Source of the DNA: Spirochaetia bacterium
GTDB lineage: Bacteria; Spirochaetota; Spirochaetia; DSM-16054; Sediminispirochaetaceae
NCBI GenBank assembly: GCA_034520965.1
Contig: JAXHMY010000001.1
Location: 1,050,233-1,114,232 of the forward strand
DNA: 64,000 nt
Direction: 5' to 3'
The position numbers and the translations under genes are program-made. Shown here in pieces: positions 51,494-62,512 of the stretch. Numbering within the stretch: position 1 is the first letter of the stretch; every line of letters starts with the position of its first letter. Under the pieces are notes generated by a model, which was given only the letters and a program-made list of their open reading frames with translations, searched no databases and was not told the origin of the DNA.

Positions 51494-52590
51494 CGATCTC
51501 TCCTAATACGGTTTCTATTCCTTTCACTACTTTTCCAATATCTTCACTCTTTAGAAACGGGTGTATAGGTAGGCTCATTACCGTTCTAGATAGTTTTTCT
51601 GTTACAGGAGTATTCACGCCAGTATTGTTCAATTGCGCAAATGCTTCTTGCCTGTGTAACGGTATTGGGTAATGTATTGCAGTAGGTATACCCTTTTCAC
51701 CTAGCTTTTCTTTGATGAGGTCTCTCTTTTCATGACGTATTGTATATTGCGCCCATACGGAGGTATTTTTTCCTACTACCTGAGGAATATCTACGATTCC
51801 ATTCAGGAAGCGAGAATATTCTTCCGCAGCTTTCCTGCGTGATTTCAATTCTTCATCAAAATGCTTTAGTTTTACTGATAGTACCGCAGCTTGCATCGAA
51901 TCCATCCTGCCATTTAAACCGATAACCTTGTGGTGATACCGTTGTGACTGACCATGATTGAGAATCATTCTGATATTTGAAGCAAGCTCATCATTATCTG
52001 TAAAGATTGCCCCGCCATCTCCATAAGCACCTAAGGGTTTCGCTGGAAAGAAACTTGTTGTAGCAATGTCAGTCATGGTACACGATTTTTTACCATTATA
52101 CTCGGCTCCAAAGGATTGAGCTCCGTCCTCCATTACCCACAGACCGCGTTTTTTAGCTATGGCATTGATAGCATCCAAATCAGCACACTGTCCGAATATA
52201 CTAACCGGGATGATTCCTACAGTATTCTCTGTTATTGAATTTTCTATCAACTCAGGGTTTAAGTTAAATGTAACAGGATCTACATCACAAAAAACGGGAA
52301 CTGCACTTAGTAATGAAATCACCTCTCCAGTTGAGATGAATGTAAAATCGGGTATAATTATTTCATCGCCTGGCTGCACATTTAATGCTAATAATCCAAT
52401 ATACAAAGCGTCAGTACCACTTGCACAGCCTATTGAATGAATTCCACCGAGGTAGTCGCTCATCTCTTGTTTCGAATTTTTTTAATGCCGGTCCTTTTAT
52501 GAAAGCGGCACTTTCCATTACTGATTTTAACTCATTTAGTATCTCCGCTTCATACAATTTATATTGTTGTTTTAGATCACAAAATTCCAT
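51483..52590 (-). CDS. wbpE: DegT/DnrJ aminotransferase (WbpE-like), frameshift near 52475
   Basis: MEFCDLKQQY start at 52590; ASGTDAL, EDGAQSFGA, SFFPAKPLGAYGDGG. Confidence 0.88.
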
Positions 52591-52607
52591 GTTAAACCTC
52601 TTTGTAA

Positions 52608-53564
52608 TTAATAACTTAATCTTTCCATCATTCTAATACCTGATAAAACATCTTCCTTACTCGGAAACATGTCCCAACGTTCGTCTGCAATATATTGATA
52701 AAGTGTGTTATGTCCTTTACCGTACACGTGATCTATTTGGAAATCCATATCCGGTTTTTCCATTCCCTCAACATCCCAGAAATCGATTGTATTAAGATTT
52801 GTTCCGGATAATCTAATTGTGCCCTTCTCCCCTATCAATACAAATTCAGTTAAATAATTCGTTCGATAGGTGCTTACAGTGGCATTTATGGTACCTATTG
52901 TTCCATTTCTAAACTCACACACCGCAGACACTGAGTCATACACCTCCAAGTTTCTCAGCTTACCTCCAATTCCCTTACTCTCTTTAAGTTCACCGAAAAA
53001 ATAATGAATCATATCGACATAGTGACTTGCCTGAGTATATAATACCCCGCCATCTAGTTCTCTGGTACCGTGCCAGTCTATCGCAAAATACTCATCGTTC
53101 CGGTTCCACAACACATTACATGTAAACTGATGTATTTTTCCAAGCTTACCACTATCAATTAATTCTTTCATAAATGTAACGAGTGGATTATACCTATTCT
53201 GATAAACCGGAATAATGCTCTTACCAGCTTTCTCAACCCGGTTGTATAGTTCATAAGCTTCTCTGACTGTGAGAGATATTGGTTTTTCAAGAAGTATATG
53301 CGGTATATCTGTATTTTCAGCAATTTCAGCTGCGTGCCGCGGATGCAGTCCACTTGGTGTCAACACTGCCGCCACATCTACATTCTTAATCTGCTTGTAA
53401 TCGGTAGTCCACTTTACATCACTATTTAATGATTCGGCTGTCCTTTTGGCACGTTCAGAATCTATATCACAAACAGATGTTACCCTAATATTTTTGTGCT
53501 CTTCTATAGCCTCGATATGTCTTTTAGATATTCTTCCACAACCTATAAGTGCTATTCTTTCCAA
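52608..53564 (-). CDS. wbpB: Gfo/Idh/MocA oxidoreductase (WbpB/WlbA-like 3-dehydrogenase)
   Basis: IGCGRIS, TPSGLH, EKP, QNRYN, DGG..TQASHYVD; adjacent to wbpE/D/I. Confidence 0.82.
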   Translation of the reverse strand: MERIALIGCGRISKRHIEAIEEHKNIRVTSVCDIDSERAKRTAESLNSDVKWTTDYKQIKNVDVAAVLTPSGLHPRHAAEIAENTDIPHILLEKPISLTVREAYELYNRVEKAGKSIIPVYQNRYNPLVTFMKELIDSGKLGKIHQFTCNVLWNRNDEYFAIDWHGTRELDGGVLYTQASHYVDMIHYFFGELKESKGIGGKLRNLEVYDSVSAVCEFRNGTIGTINATVSTYRTNYLTEFVLIGEKGTIRLSGTNLNTIDFWDVEGMEKPDMDFQIDHVYGKGHNTLYQYIADERWDMFPSKEDVLSGIRMMERLSY

Positions 53565-53573
53565 AATCCCCTC

Positions 53574-54767
53574 CTATTCCTTCTTTGTTAGATTATTTAC
53601 GGTATTTACTAAATACGCTTTCGTCCTTTCAGCATTTAGCTCTTTAGCAGCCAAATGAGAATTCTTTTTCATATAATCAATCTTGTCTTTGCTCATTCTA
53701 TTAAGCACAAAGCTCATTTTTTCAATATTAAAATCTTCTGAATAAACACCATTCTCATATTTGTCTATTATTTTTTTCATTTCCGGAGAAGGCCAAATTG
53801 CTATTCCAAGTCTACCCTGAATAAACTCGAAAATCTTATTCGGAAGAGCCATTTCTTGGTTAAAAGAATCGGGTGTTAATAAATATAATCCAATATCAAA
53901 TTGATTAAGTGTTCCGGATAAAGTTTTCATATCAACAGGATTATGAAAAAATATTCTTTCATTTTCATTTGCTATTTTCTTTAATTCTTTTCCATAACTA
54001 GTATGCATATTTATAAGAAAAAAATGCAGTTCAAATCTTTTATCGAGTTGATCCATTAAATAAATCATGTTTTCTAAAACACGTCTTCTGCTCGCAGCCC
54101 CATGATGAACAAGTTTTATGGTGTTATTCTTAGTTTTATTCGGTTGTAGATCAGCATAGAAAGGAGTATTCATTAATACATCACATTTTACTCTGAATTC
54201 TTCTGAATACTTGTTTGCTATTCCATCACAGACGGTTGTCATATGCTCAGCATGAGGAAGATATTTGCCACAAAAATATGTCCAATAACCTTCATAATAT
54301 TTAATAAAATGCTTTGTATTAAAATGAAGCGGTTCATACTCATGGGCATCTATATACAAATTACAGTTAAACCATTTTTTTAACTTAACTGAAAGTGGAA
54401 GAGCAGGAATATCATTTGCAATAATTAAATCAACATTGTCAACTTTATCTCTAATGCTACTTAGTGTTTTTCTAACATAATCCTGGTTCCAGTAGTGTTT
54501 TTCATATTGTTTCGTATATAAATAGATTTTTTCTATTGTCAGTCTAATTTTTTCTACAATTTTTTTAATTACATTTTCAATTGAAAATTTTTTCCAGATA
54601 GAGAAACTCTTTCTTTTTTCCAACTTAATAAACTGATCTTCAATATTAGAAGGTTTCAAACCGCAAGTAGTAATGTAGTATCCAGCCTCTTTTAGAAATA
54701 AAATTTGTTTGTATACTCGCGGATCGATATCTAAATTGGATTTTGATATTATCAATATCTTTTTCAA
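53574..54767 (-). CDS. GT-B glycosyltransferase
   Basis: DPRV, IIAND, DAHEY, HHGAA..R, ALPNKIFEFIQ. Confidence 0.82.
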   Translation of the reverse strand: MKKILIISKSNLDIDPRVYKQILFLKEAGYYITTCGLKPSNIEDQFIKLEKRKSFSIWKKFSIENVIKKIVEKIRLTIEKIYLYTKQYEKHYWNQDYVRKTLSSIRDKVDNVDLIIANDIPALPLSVKLKKWFNCNLYIDAHEYEPLHFNTKHFIKYYEGYWTYFCGKYLPHAEHMTTVCDGIANKYSEEFRVKCDVLMNTPFYADLQPNKTKNNTIKLVHHGAASRRRVLENMIYLMDQLDKRFELHFFLINMHTSYGKELKKIANENERIFFHNPVDMKTLSGTLNQFDIGLYLLTPDSFNQEMALPNKIFEFIQGRLGIAIWPSPEMKKIIDKYENGVYSEDFNIEKMSFVLNRMSKDKIDYMKKNSHLAAKELNAERTKAYLVNTVNNLTKKE

Positions 54768-57073
54768 TTTTTTCTTTCCTTTTCTAGCATAGTACTCCAT
54801 TTATAAAGATTATAGTTATCAATACTTTTTATATGGTTGAACTCTTTATTCTCTATTATAAAATCTTTAGCGGAATATTGTTTATTTTTAGCAACAAAAA
54901 AGCCTCGCTCATACTCTAATGCTTCATCTAACTGATTCACAGATGCTGCATCACTAATAAAAAATATATTATTGCCTATATCGTATAAAGTATCATTATA
55001 TATCGGAATATTATAGGTTCTATTCACAGTCTGAGAAAACAACCAAGTTAAAGTTTCCGGTCTTTGAACATCCGCAAGAATTATTGATTTGTTGGTAGCA
55101 CCATTTTTCCTTAATATTTTTTCAATTTCATAATAGATGTCCTTCTGTGCTAATTTTGTAATTTTTCTGTTATCTTTCTGATTTGGTAAATCATGCTTTA
55201 CAGCATGAATTGTGTTATAAGGGTATATAAAAGCAACTAAAAAGAAAACTAAAGCAAGTTTACTCATATACATAAGTCTGTATTTACTACTATTAAAAAA
55301 TACCATGCGAAACTTTCCAATAAAAGAGTCAATGCCATCAGCTATAATAAAAATGTAAAAAGGTAACAAATGGAATAAAAATCTACTGCCAAATCTGCTC
55401 GTTTTTATACCAAACAGTAATACGGTTGCAATGAAGGTAGCATAAATACTGATTCTAAGAATATTCCACTTTTTATTTTTATCTAATAACGGAAGTGACA
55501 TAAATAGCAACGGAGTAAATATGGTGAATCTTTGGTGGGAAAACCACTGGACTGGTGTATCAATCATTGGGTCAATGAACATACCAAAGTATTCAACTAT
55601 AAAACCAAAATCTTTTGTGAAAGGGGGGAACCTATGCACAAGCAGGAGAAAGGTAAGCACTAATAAACCAAATATTGAAGCTATAAAAAATCGATTGTGA
55701 CGACTGTGTTTTTTCCAAAGAAAAATAAAAAAAAGGAATGCAGAAAAAAATAGATTGACCTGCACAACGCCTAGAACAGTTTGATGGGAAAATAGTGTTG
55801 AAAAATAATATAGAAAGATAGTTGTGAATATTATCCATATACCAATACTTACACCTAACACTAAACTTGAACTATTTCTATACTTTTGAAATACTTTATA
55901 AGTGAGATAATAAACGATAGCCCCTATGAACAAGTTTACCGTATAGTCCCTGATCTGTGTGCTTTTCTCTATTGCCCATGGTGATAACGTTAGTAAAAGT
56001 ACTCCTATAAATGCAATTTTTATTGACAATTGTTTAAACAGTTTGTACACAGGATATACAGTTAAAGCTCCCATCAAAGAAAAGGGTAATCTAGCGATGA
56101 ATAAACTCTTTCCAAATACACTAAATAGCCAAGAAATCAATAAAGTAAAATGAATATTACGCGGGTAATGAAACTCCCCTGTATCATTTAGTGCAAGGGC
56201 AGAGATTAAATTAAAAATATCTCCACCCTGCAAATAATTATAGTTAATCATACGAAGAAAAAAAGCACATAGAAATAATACTGTAAGAAAAATATATTCT
56301 TTTCTATTACTAAAAATGATGGGGTATTCATTTTGTTGGATCGACTTCTTATGAGTAAGAATTAGCAGAAGTGTTCCACACAGAAAAGTAGATATTATCC
56401 TAGGATATAGTACAAATATAAAATCACTGACAAAGGTGTTTGCATTTCTGTATAGTTCTTGGAGATCTATGAAACTGATTAGCCCAACAATTACTACAGA
56501 AGTTAAGAATACCCACTTAAAAACGGGCTGCCTATATACTTTGATAAAATTGAGCAGTGTAATCATAGAAAATATAGTTAAAGCGCGAATTAGATGTATT
56601 ATAATAACAGCTAAATCACCTCTATAATTTACCACATTCTTCAGATAAGGAAATATACTATTATAACTAAAGATCGTACTTAGCTTAATAGTATTTACTT
56701 TGCTATTTTTATAATTTACTACTTTATTACCAATTACTATTTTTAGTGCTTTACTTTTTGCTAAGTTGTTATCACTAAATTCAATGAATACATCTTCACA
56801 ATACTTATCCTTAATAATCCAACTTACACTTCCGTCATTTTTATAAATCGGATCTATTTTTTCTATGTTGTTTCTTAAGGAGAGGCGATATACAGCTATT
56901 TTGTTTGCACTAAAAACTTCAGTTCTATTGACCATAATTTCAATATTATTAATTACTGGATTATATGGTCTATTGAAGTAAGATCCAACAATACCTGAAT
57001 AAAAAGAGACAAAAGTGTCAGCAGCTAAAAATATTATAAATAGTAAAATTACTTTTCTTTTTGATAACAACAT
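54764..57073 (-). CDS. Large GT-C fold (ArnT/PMT-like) membrane glycosyltransferase, 769 aa
   Basis: Many TMs; GKSLFIARLP, LSPW.I..S..IRDY, SRFLFHLLP; N- and C-terminal soluble domains. Confidence 0.72.
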   Translation of the reverse strand: MLLSKRKVILLFIIFLAADTFVSFYSGIVGSYFNRPYNPVINNIEIMVNRTEVFSANKIAVYRLSLRNNIEKIDPIYKNDGSVSWIIKDKYCEDVFIEFSDNNLAKSKALKIVIGNKVVNYKNSKVNTIKLSTIFSYNSIFPYLKNVVNYRGDLAVIIIHLIRALTIFSMITLLNFIKVYRQPVFKWVFLTSVVIVGLISFIDLQELYRNANTFVSDFIFVLYPRIISTFLCGTLLLILTHKKSIQQNEYPIIFSNRKEYIFLTVLFLCAFFLRMINYNYLQGGDIFNLISALALNDTGEFHYPRNIHFTLLISWLFSVFGKSLFIARLPFSLMGALTVYPVYKLFKQLSIKIAFIGVLLLTLSPWAIEKSTQIRDYTVNLFIGAIVYYLTYKVFQKYRNSSSLVLGVSIGIWIIFTTIFLYYFSTLFSHQTVLGVVQVNLFFSAFLFFIFLWKKHSRHNRFFIASIFGLLVLTFLLLVHRFPPFTKDFGFIVEYFGMFIDPMIDTPVQWFSHQRFTIFTPLLFMSLPLLDKNKKWNILRISIYATFIATVLLFGIKTSRFGSRFLFHLLPFYIFIIADGIDSFIGKFRMVFFNSSKYRLMYMSKLALVFFLVAFIYPYNTIHAVKHDLPNQKDNRKITKLAQKDIYYEIEKILRKNGATNKSIILADVQRPETLTWLFSQTVNRTYNIPIYNDTLYDIGNNIFFISDAASVNQLDEALEYERGFFVAKNKQYSAKDFIIENKEFNHIKSIDNYNLYKWSTMLEKERKN

Positions 57074-57085
57074 GTTGCCAACTTT

Positions 57086-58875
57086 TTAATTTTTTTTACC
57101 TTGGGCCAGCTGTCTGAATGATTGATTACTTTCAAACAGCTCCTCATATGTACCTTTATCAACAATTTTTCCTTTATCAAGCATAAAGATTTGATCACAT
57201 TCTCTGAGGGTAGTAAGCCTATGAGCAATCATTAAAATAGTTTTTTGTCCGCTCAGGGCCTTAATTGCATCCATTATTGCATCTTCAGTAAAACCATCAA
57301 GAGCACTAGTTGCCTCGTCGAGGATGAGTACAGAAGGATTTTTGTAAACCGCTCTTGCAATACCTAAACGTTGCCTCTGACCTCCAGACAATCTTATTCC
57401 TCTTTCCCCTATAACGGTTTCATAACCATAGGGCAACTCGCTCTCAATGAAATTGTCGATGTTCGCAACAGAGGCGGCTCTTTTCACCTCTGTTGTATAG
57501 ATACTTTCTTTTTTTTCACCAAATGCGATATTTTGTGCAACGGTATCATCACTGAGATAAATATTTTGTTGTACATACCCTAATGTGTTTTGCCAGCGAA
57601 AAATATCTTTACCTTCTATCTTCTTACCATCAATCCGCAATTCCCCTGATTGGGGTTCCAATAGTCCTAAAATAATATCTATTATTGTAGTTTTCCCACA
57701 TCCGGTTGGGCCCACGAACCCGACAGTCGTATTGGCCTTTATTGTCAGAGTTTGATCCTTAATTACTGGCACTTTACTGTTAGGATATGAAAAAGTAATA
57801 TTGTTCAAAGTAATATCTTCATTTATAGACAATGCATCGCCATCGTAAACTTTAATAGCCCTTCCAGAATACATATGATTGTAAAGCAAATCTACTGCTG
57901 GCAGATTATAGCGCATGCTTGTAACACCTCGAAAAACTGCCTGGAGTGAGGGCATCAATCTATATCCTGCTAAAGCATACAGACCAATCATTGGAATAGC
58001 ATTATCAAGCTGTCCTTCAGTATAGAGAATAAAAAGTAGTAGAACTACAATACCGCCAAAAGCAACTGTTTCCAATAAATATCTAGGAATTTCGCTGATC
58101 ACTGCATTTTTTATCCCATTCCTAGCAAGTTTCAATGACGGTCTGGCAAATTGATCAATAAAGTTTTCTTCCTTGTGCAGTATCTTTACATCTTTTATTC
58201 CGCCCAGAACTTCTGCAACGCCCTTATACTGCCCTCGACTTGTTCTACTCTTTCTTTACCAATTCTATGAAGGATTTTTCTGGAAACAGATAAATACCAG
58301 TGTAAGAAAAGCCTAATACCCCTGCTACTATCAGTGCGATCATAGGATTGATACTTAGTAACAATCCTATGATGAAAAGTACAACAATAGCCTGTGCAAG
58401 CATCTTAAGGCCAGGATACATCGCTTTCTGAATAACTATGTTAACTTCACTAATTATATTCTTTTGAAGCTCAGCGCTATTATGATCTAAGAAAAAAGTA
58501 TATGGCTGATATACATAATGTTTAAGCAACCTTCTAGATAATGCATATTTCCTCATTGCCGAATATCTTTTTGTAATATAGGTAATCATTGCTCTTGATG
58601 CATTACTGATAAGCAAGAATACTACGAATAGCACTCCTAAAGTAGTAATGAATTGTGTGTACGAACTAAAGTTAAAATAGTTATACGCCCAATTCAAATA
58701 TTTATTAGTTTCTATACTTTCTGGATTGGTGGCTACCGACAGAAAAGGCATAATTGAGCCAATCCCTGCCAATTCAAGAAAGCCCATCAATAGTATAAGT
58801 ATAAAAACCAGAACTAACTTTCCGCCGCTCATCCTTAATAAGGAGAGCCGGCAGTTTTTTCACATATATAAACAT
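57086..58875 (-). CDS. PglK/MsbA-like ABC flippase (TMD+NBD), frameshifts near 58820 and 58280
   Basis: ELAGIGSIMPF TMD; GPTGCGKTT, LSGGQRQR, LDEATSALD, IAHRL. Confidence 0.9.
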
Positions 58876-58879
58876 AGCG

Positions 58880-59668
58880 TTACACGTCCCGTTTTAGTTT
58901 CTGATAATAGTAATACAATCTGGCCGGCAGTAACTCCACAATTTTACGTTTCAATTTTCCAGCCTTACCAAACAGCTGCTGATAATCCTGATATGATAAA
59001 ACAGGTCTGTCAGGATGTAAGGGCCGATCATACCTTTCCTGCTTAAGGTATTCCGGTAGCCAGTAGGTGTATTTTCCAGCCTCAACGCAGTGGCGGTTTG
59101 GCAGCAGTTGTTCAAAGGCACTGAGAAACAGCAGCTTCCGGTGTTCCTTTTTTGCTCCCACAGACAGTTCGAAAGTCCAGGGGTCAAGCTTCATGGAAAG
59201 CATATCCAATAGAAACCGAGTATTCCACACAGCGGCCTTGAGACTTGCGCGGTAGCGGTCGAAATAGCGCAGTTCACCAAACACCGGGTCCTGCTTCCAC
59301 TGCGTTCGCGGCCTGGGTTCAGGATTAAGCCGCACGTATACCGCCTGTTCGGCAGCATATTCAACTGCATTGGCAATCTCGCTTGTGCGCGGCTTACCCG
59401 TTAAAATATAATCATCTAGCATGAGCAGGACTGTATCAGTTGGAATTTCCTGCATATACTCGAGCATGCTCTCGCTCCAACTGTTATCAGGGCCCTTGTG
59501 AATATCTTCCAGTTTTCCCGGCACCGCCTCGGGATACGCCTTTCCATTGGCCCCGAGATAAATCTGATAGGGGCAATCGGGCCAGTATTTTTGAAAGAAA
59601 AAATCGAACAAGGGCCATAAATCCCGGTTTTTGTCGAAGCTGGCTATGAGAATTGATGTAGTACTCAA
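58880..59668 (-). CDS. Putative GT-A fold glycan-related protein
   Basis: KYWPDCPY, LLMLDDY (DxD-like), PWTFE; operon context. Confidence 0.6.
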   Translation of the reverse strand: MSTTSILIASFDKNRDLWPLFDFFFQKYWPDCPYQIYLGANGKAYPEAVPGKLEDIHKGPDNSWSESMLEYMQEIPTDTVLLMLDDYILTGKPRTSEIANAVEYAAEQAVYVRLNPEPRPRTQWKQDPVFGELRYFDRYRASLKAAVWNTRFLLDMLSMKLDPWTFELSVGAKKEHRKLLFLSAFEQLLPNRHCVEAGKYTYWLPEYLKQERYDRPLHPDRPVLSYQDYQQLFGKAGKLKRKIVELLPARLYYYYQKLKRDV

Positions 59669-60630
59669 TTGTTCACCTGTTCATAACGCTGCAGGAAGTC
59701 CTGATAGGCCGACTCTATTCCATTGCGCAAGGAGGTCTTCGCCTGCCAGCCCAGGCTATGCAGCCGGGACACATCTAATAGTTTACGTGGTGTACCGTTT
59801 GGTTTGGTGGTATCCCATTCAATTTCACCCACATACCCAACAATTTCACTAATCCGCTGGGCAAGTTCTTTAATAGAAAGATCTTTTCCGAGCTCCGACG
59901 TTCGCGATACTCGCCAATATCCTTCCAGGTGTAGTTTCTCGGCCAGAATGTACGGCAGCATCGGCAAGATGGTCCGAATAAAGAAGAAACTCCCGCAAGG
60001 GGTGCCCATCGCCCCCATAGTTGTACCGGCCCGCCATTCAGCTTGGCCGCATGGAACTTCCGGATCAGCGCCGGCAGTACATGCGAGTTCTCCAGGTCAT
60101 AGGAGTCGCCGGGGCCATACAGGTTCGTCGGCATTAACGAGATAAAATCGGTACCATACTGCTGGTTATAGTAGGAACACATTTTAATAGCACCGATTTT
60201 TGCCACTGCATAGGCCTCATTGGTCGGTTCAAGGTAACCACTCAGCAGGTACTCCTCCTTCAGCGGCTGTGGGGCGTGCTTTGGGTCAGATGCCAGGAGG
60301 AGCCGAGATTGACCAGTTTTTGCACACCGCTTTTATAGGCGGCATGAATAACGTTGCGAGGCGATCATTTGTGTTTTCATAGGTAAAAGCATCCGGGGCC
60401 GGGTAGGTAGAATTAGCTCCAATCCCTCCTACCTTAGCGGCAGCTAAGAACACCGCAGCGGGTTTTTCCGACTGGAAAAACTCGAAAGTTTGCTTTTGAT
60501 CAGTCAAATCGAGCTGCGTATGAGTTCGGGTTATCAAGTTGTTGTAGCCGCCGGCATTCAGCCTGCGCATAACTGCTAATCCGACTAAGCCTCGATGTCC
60601 GGTTACGTATATTTTTGCATTCTTGTTCAT
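59665..60630 (-). CDS. fcl: GDP-L-fucose synthase, heavily frameshifted
   Basis: [34 protein letters not shown] and [11 protein letters not shown] scattered over three or more frames. Confidence 0.9.
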
Positions 60631-60640
60631 ATATCGACCT

Positions 60641-61736
<1,096 letters not shown>

Positions 61737-61853
61737 CTATTCATAGATATTGTAGAGACGAAGTCCATACTGCCCTTGTATACAAAATAACACATCGACT
61801 ACATCTACTCTACAGATCTATTCGGCTCAAATATCATCATCTCGATGTAATCG

Positions 61854-61877
61854 AGTAAACTAATAAACCTCCGACCC
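61854..61877. repeat. Direct repeat, left copy (AGTAAACTAATAAACCTCCGACCC)
   Basis: 23/24 identical to 63701-63724; abuts the TGA of the NTase gene. Confidence 0.9.
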
Positions 61878-62512
61878 TCACGCGTGAGATTCAAAGAACT
61901 CGCGGATCTTCTGTTTGCTGACTTGTTCTTTCGGCTCGAGGTGCCGAATATCATCATCTTCAATGTCGTCAATATAGAGCAGGGCGACAATAAACAGCTT
62001 GTAGGTCACTCCCTCCACAATATTTTCACTCATTCTAAAAATATCCTTGAGGCTGAAAACTTCTTTTGCCAGGATATACAGATCGTAGTAATCACGATAT
62101 TTCGCCCTCAGAAAAAGGAACTGCACCTTCATAGCGGCCAGCTGATCGAGGGTTGCAAGATTCAGTCTGCCCGGTGTCGGCGGGCTTTGCGGTTTCAGAA
62201 AACTCCATTTCGCATTGAAAAAAGTAACCTTAACTCCATCGAGAAGCACATCTATCTGCTCATCCGTTTGGTTGAGGATTTCCTTGTTTTGGAAGTGTGT
62301 GAAAAAATCGAGGAGCTACTTTCTTTTGAAAAACTGTCGTCATAAGTGAAAAAATCCAGATCTTCACTCTTGCGATGACAGAGATGCAGCGATAGGGCGC
62401 TGCCGCCGGCAAGAACATACTTGTGCAGAAACTTCACAGTTGTCCCGCAGTTTCAGTAATAGCTTCCTCGTCTCAGGAAGCACGCGTTATCTAAGTTGTT
62501 CAAGTCGTCCAT
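61878..62512 (-). CDS. AbiEii/AbiGii-type nucleotidyltransferase, several frameshifts
   Basis: LAGGSALSLHLCHRKSEDLDFF, VKVTFF, AAMK..RAKYRDYYDLY; probable ATG 62512 overlapping the upstream gene end. Confidence 0.85.
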
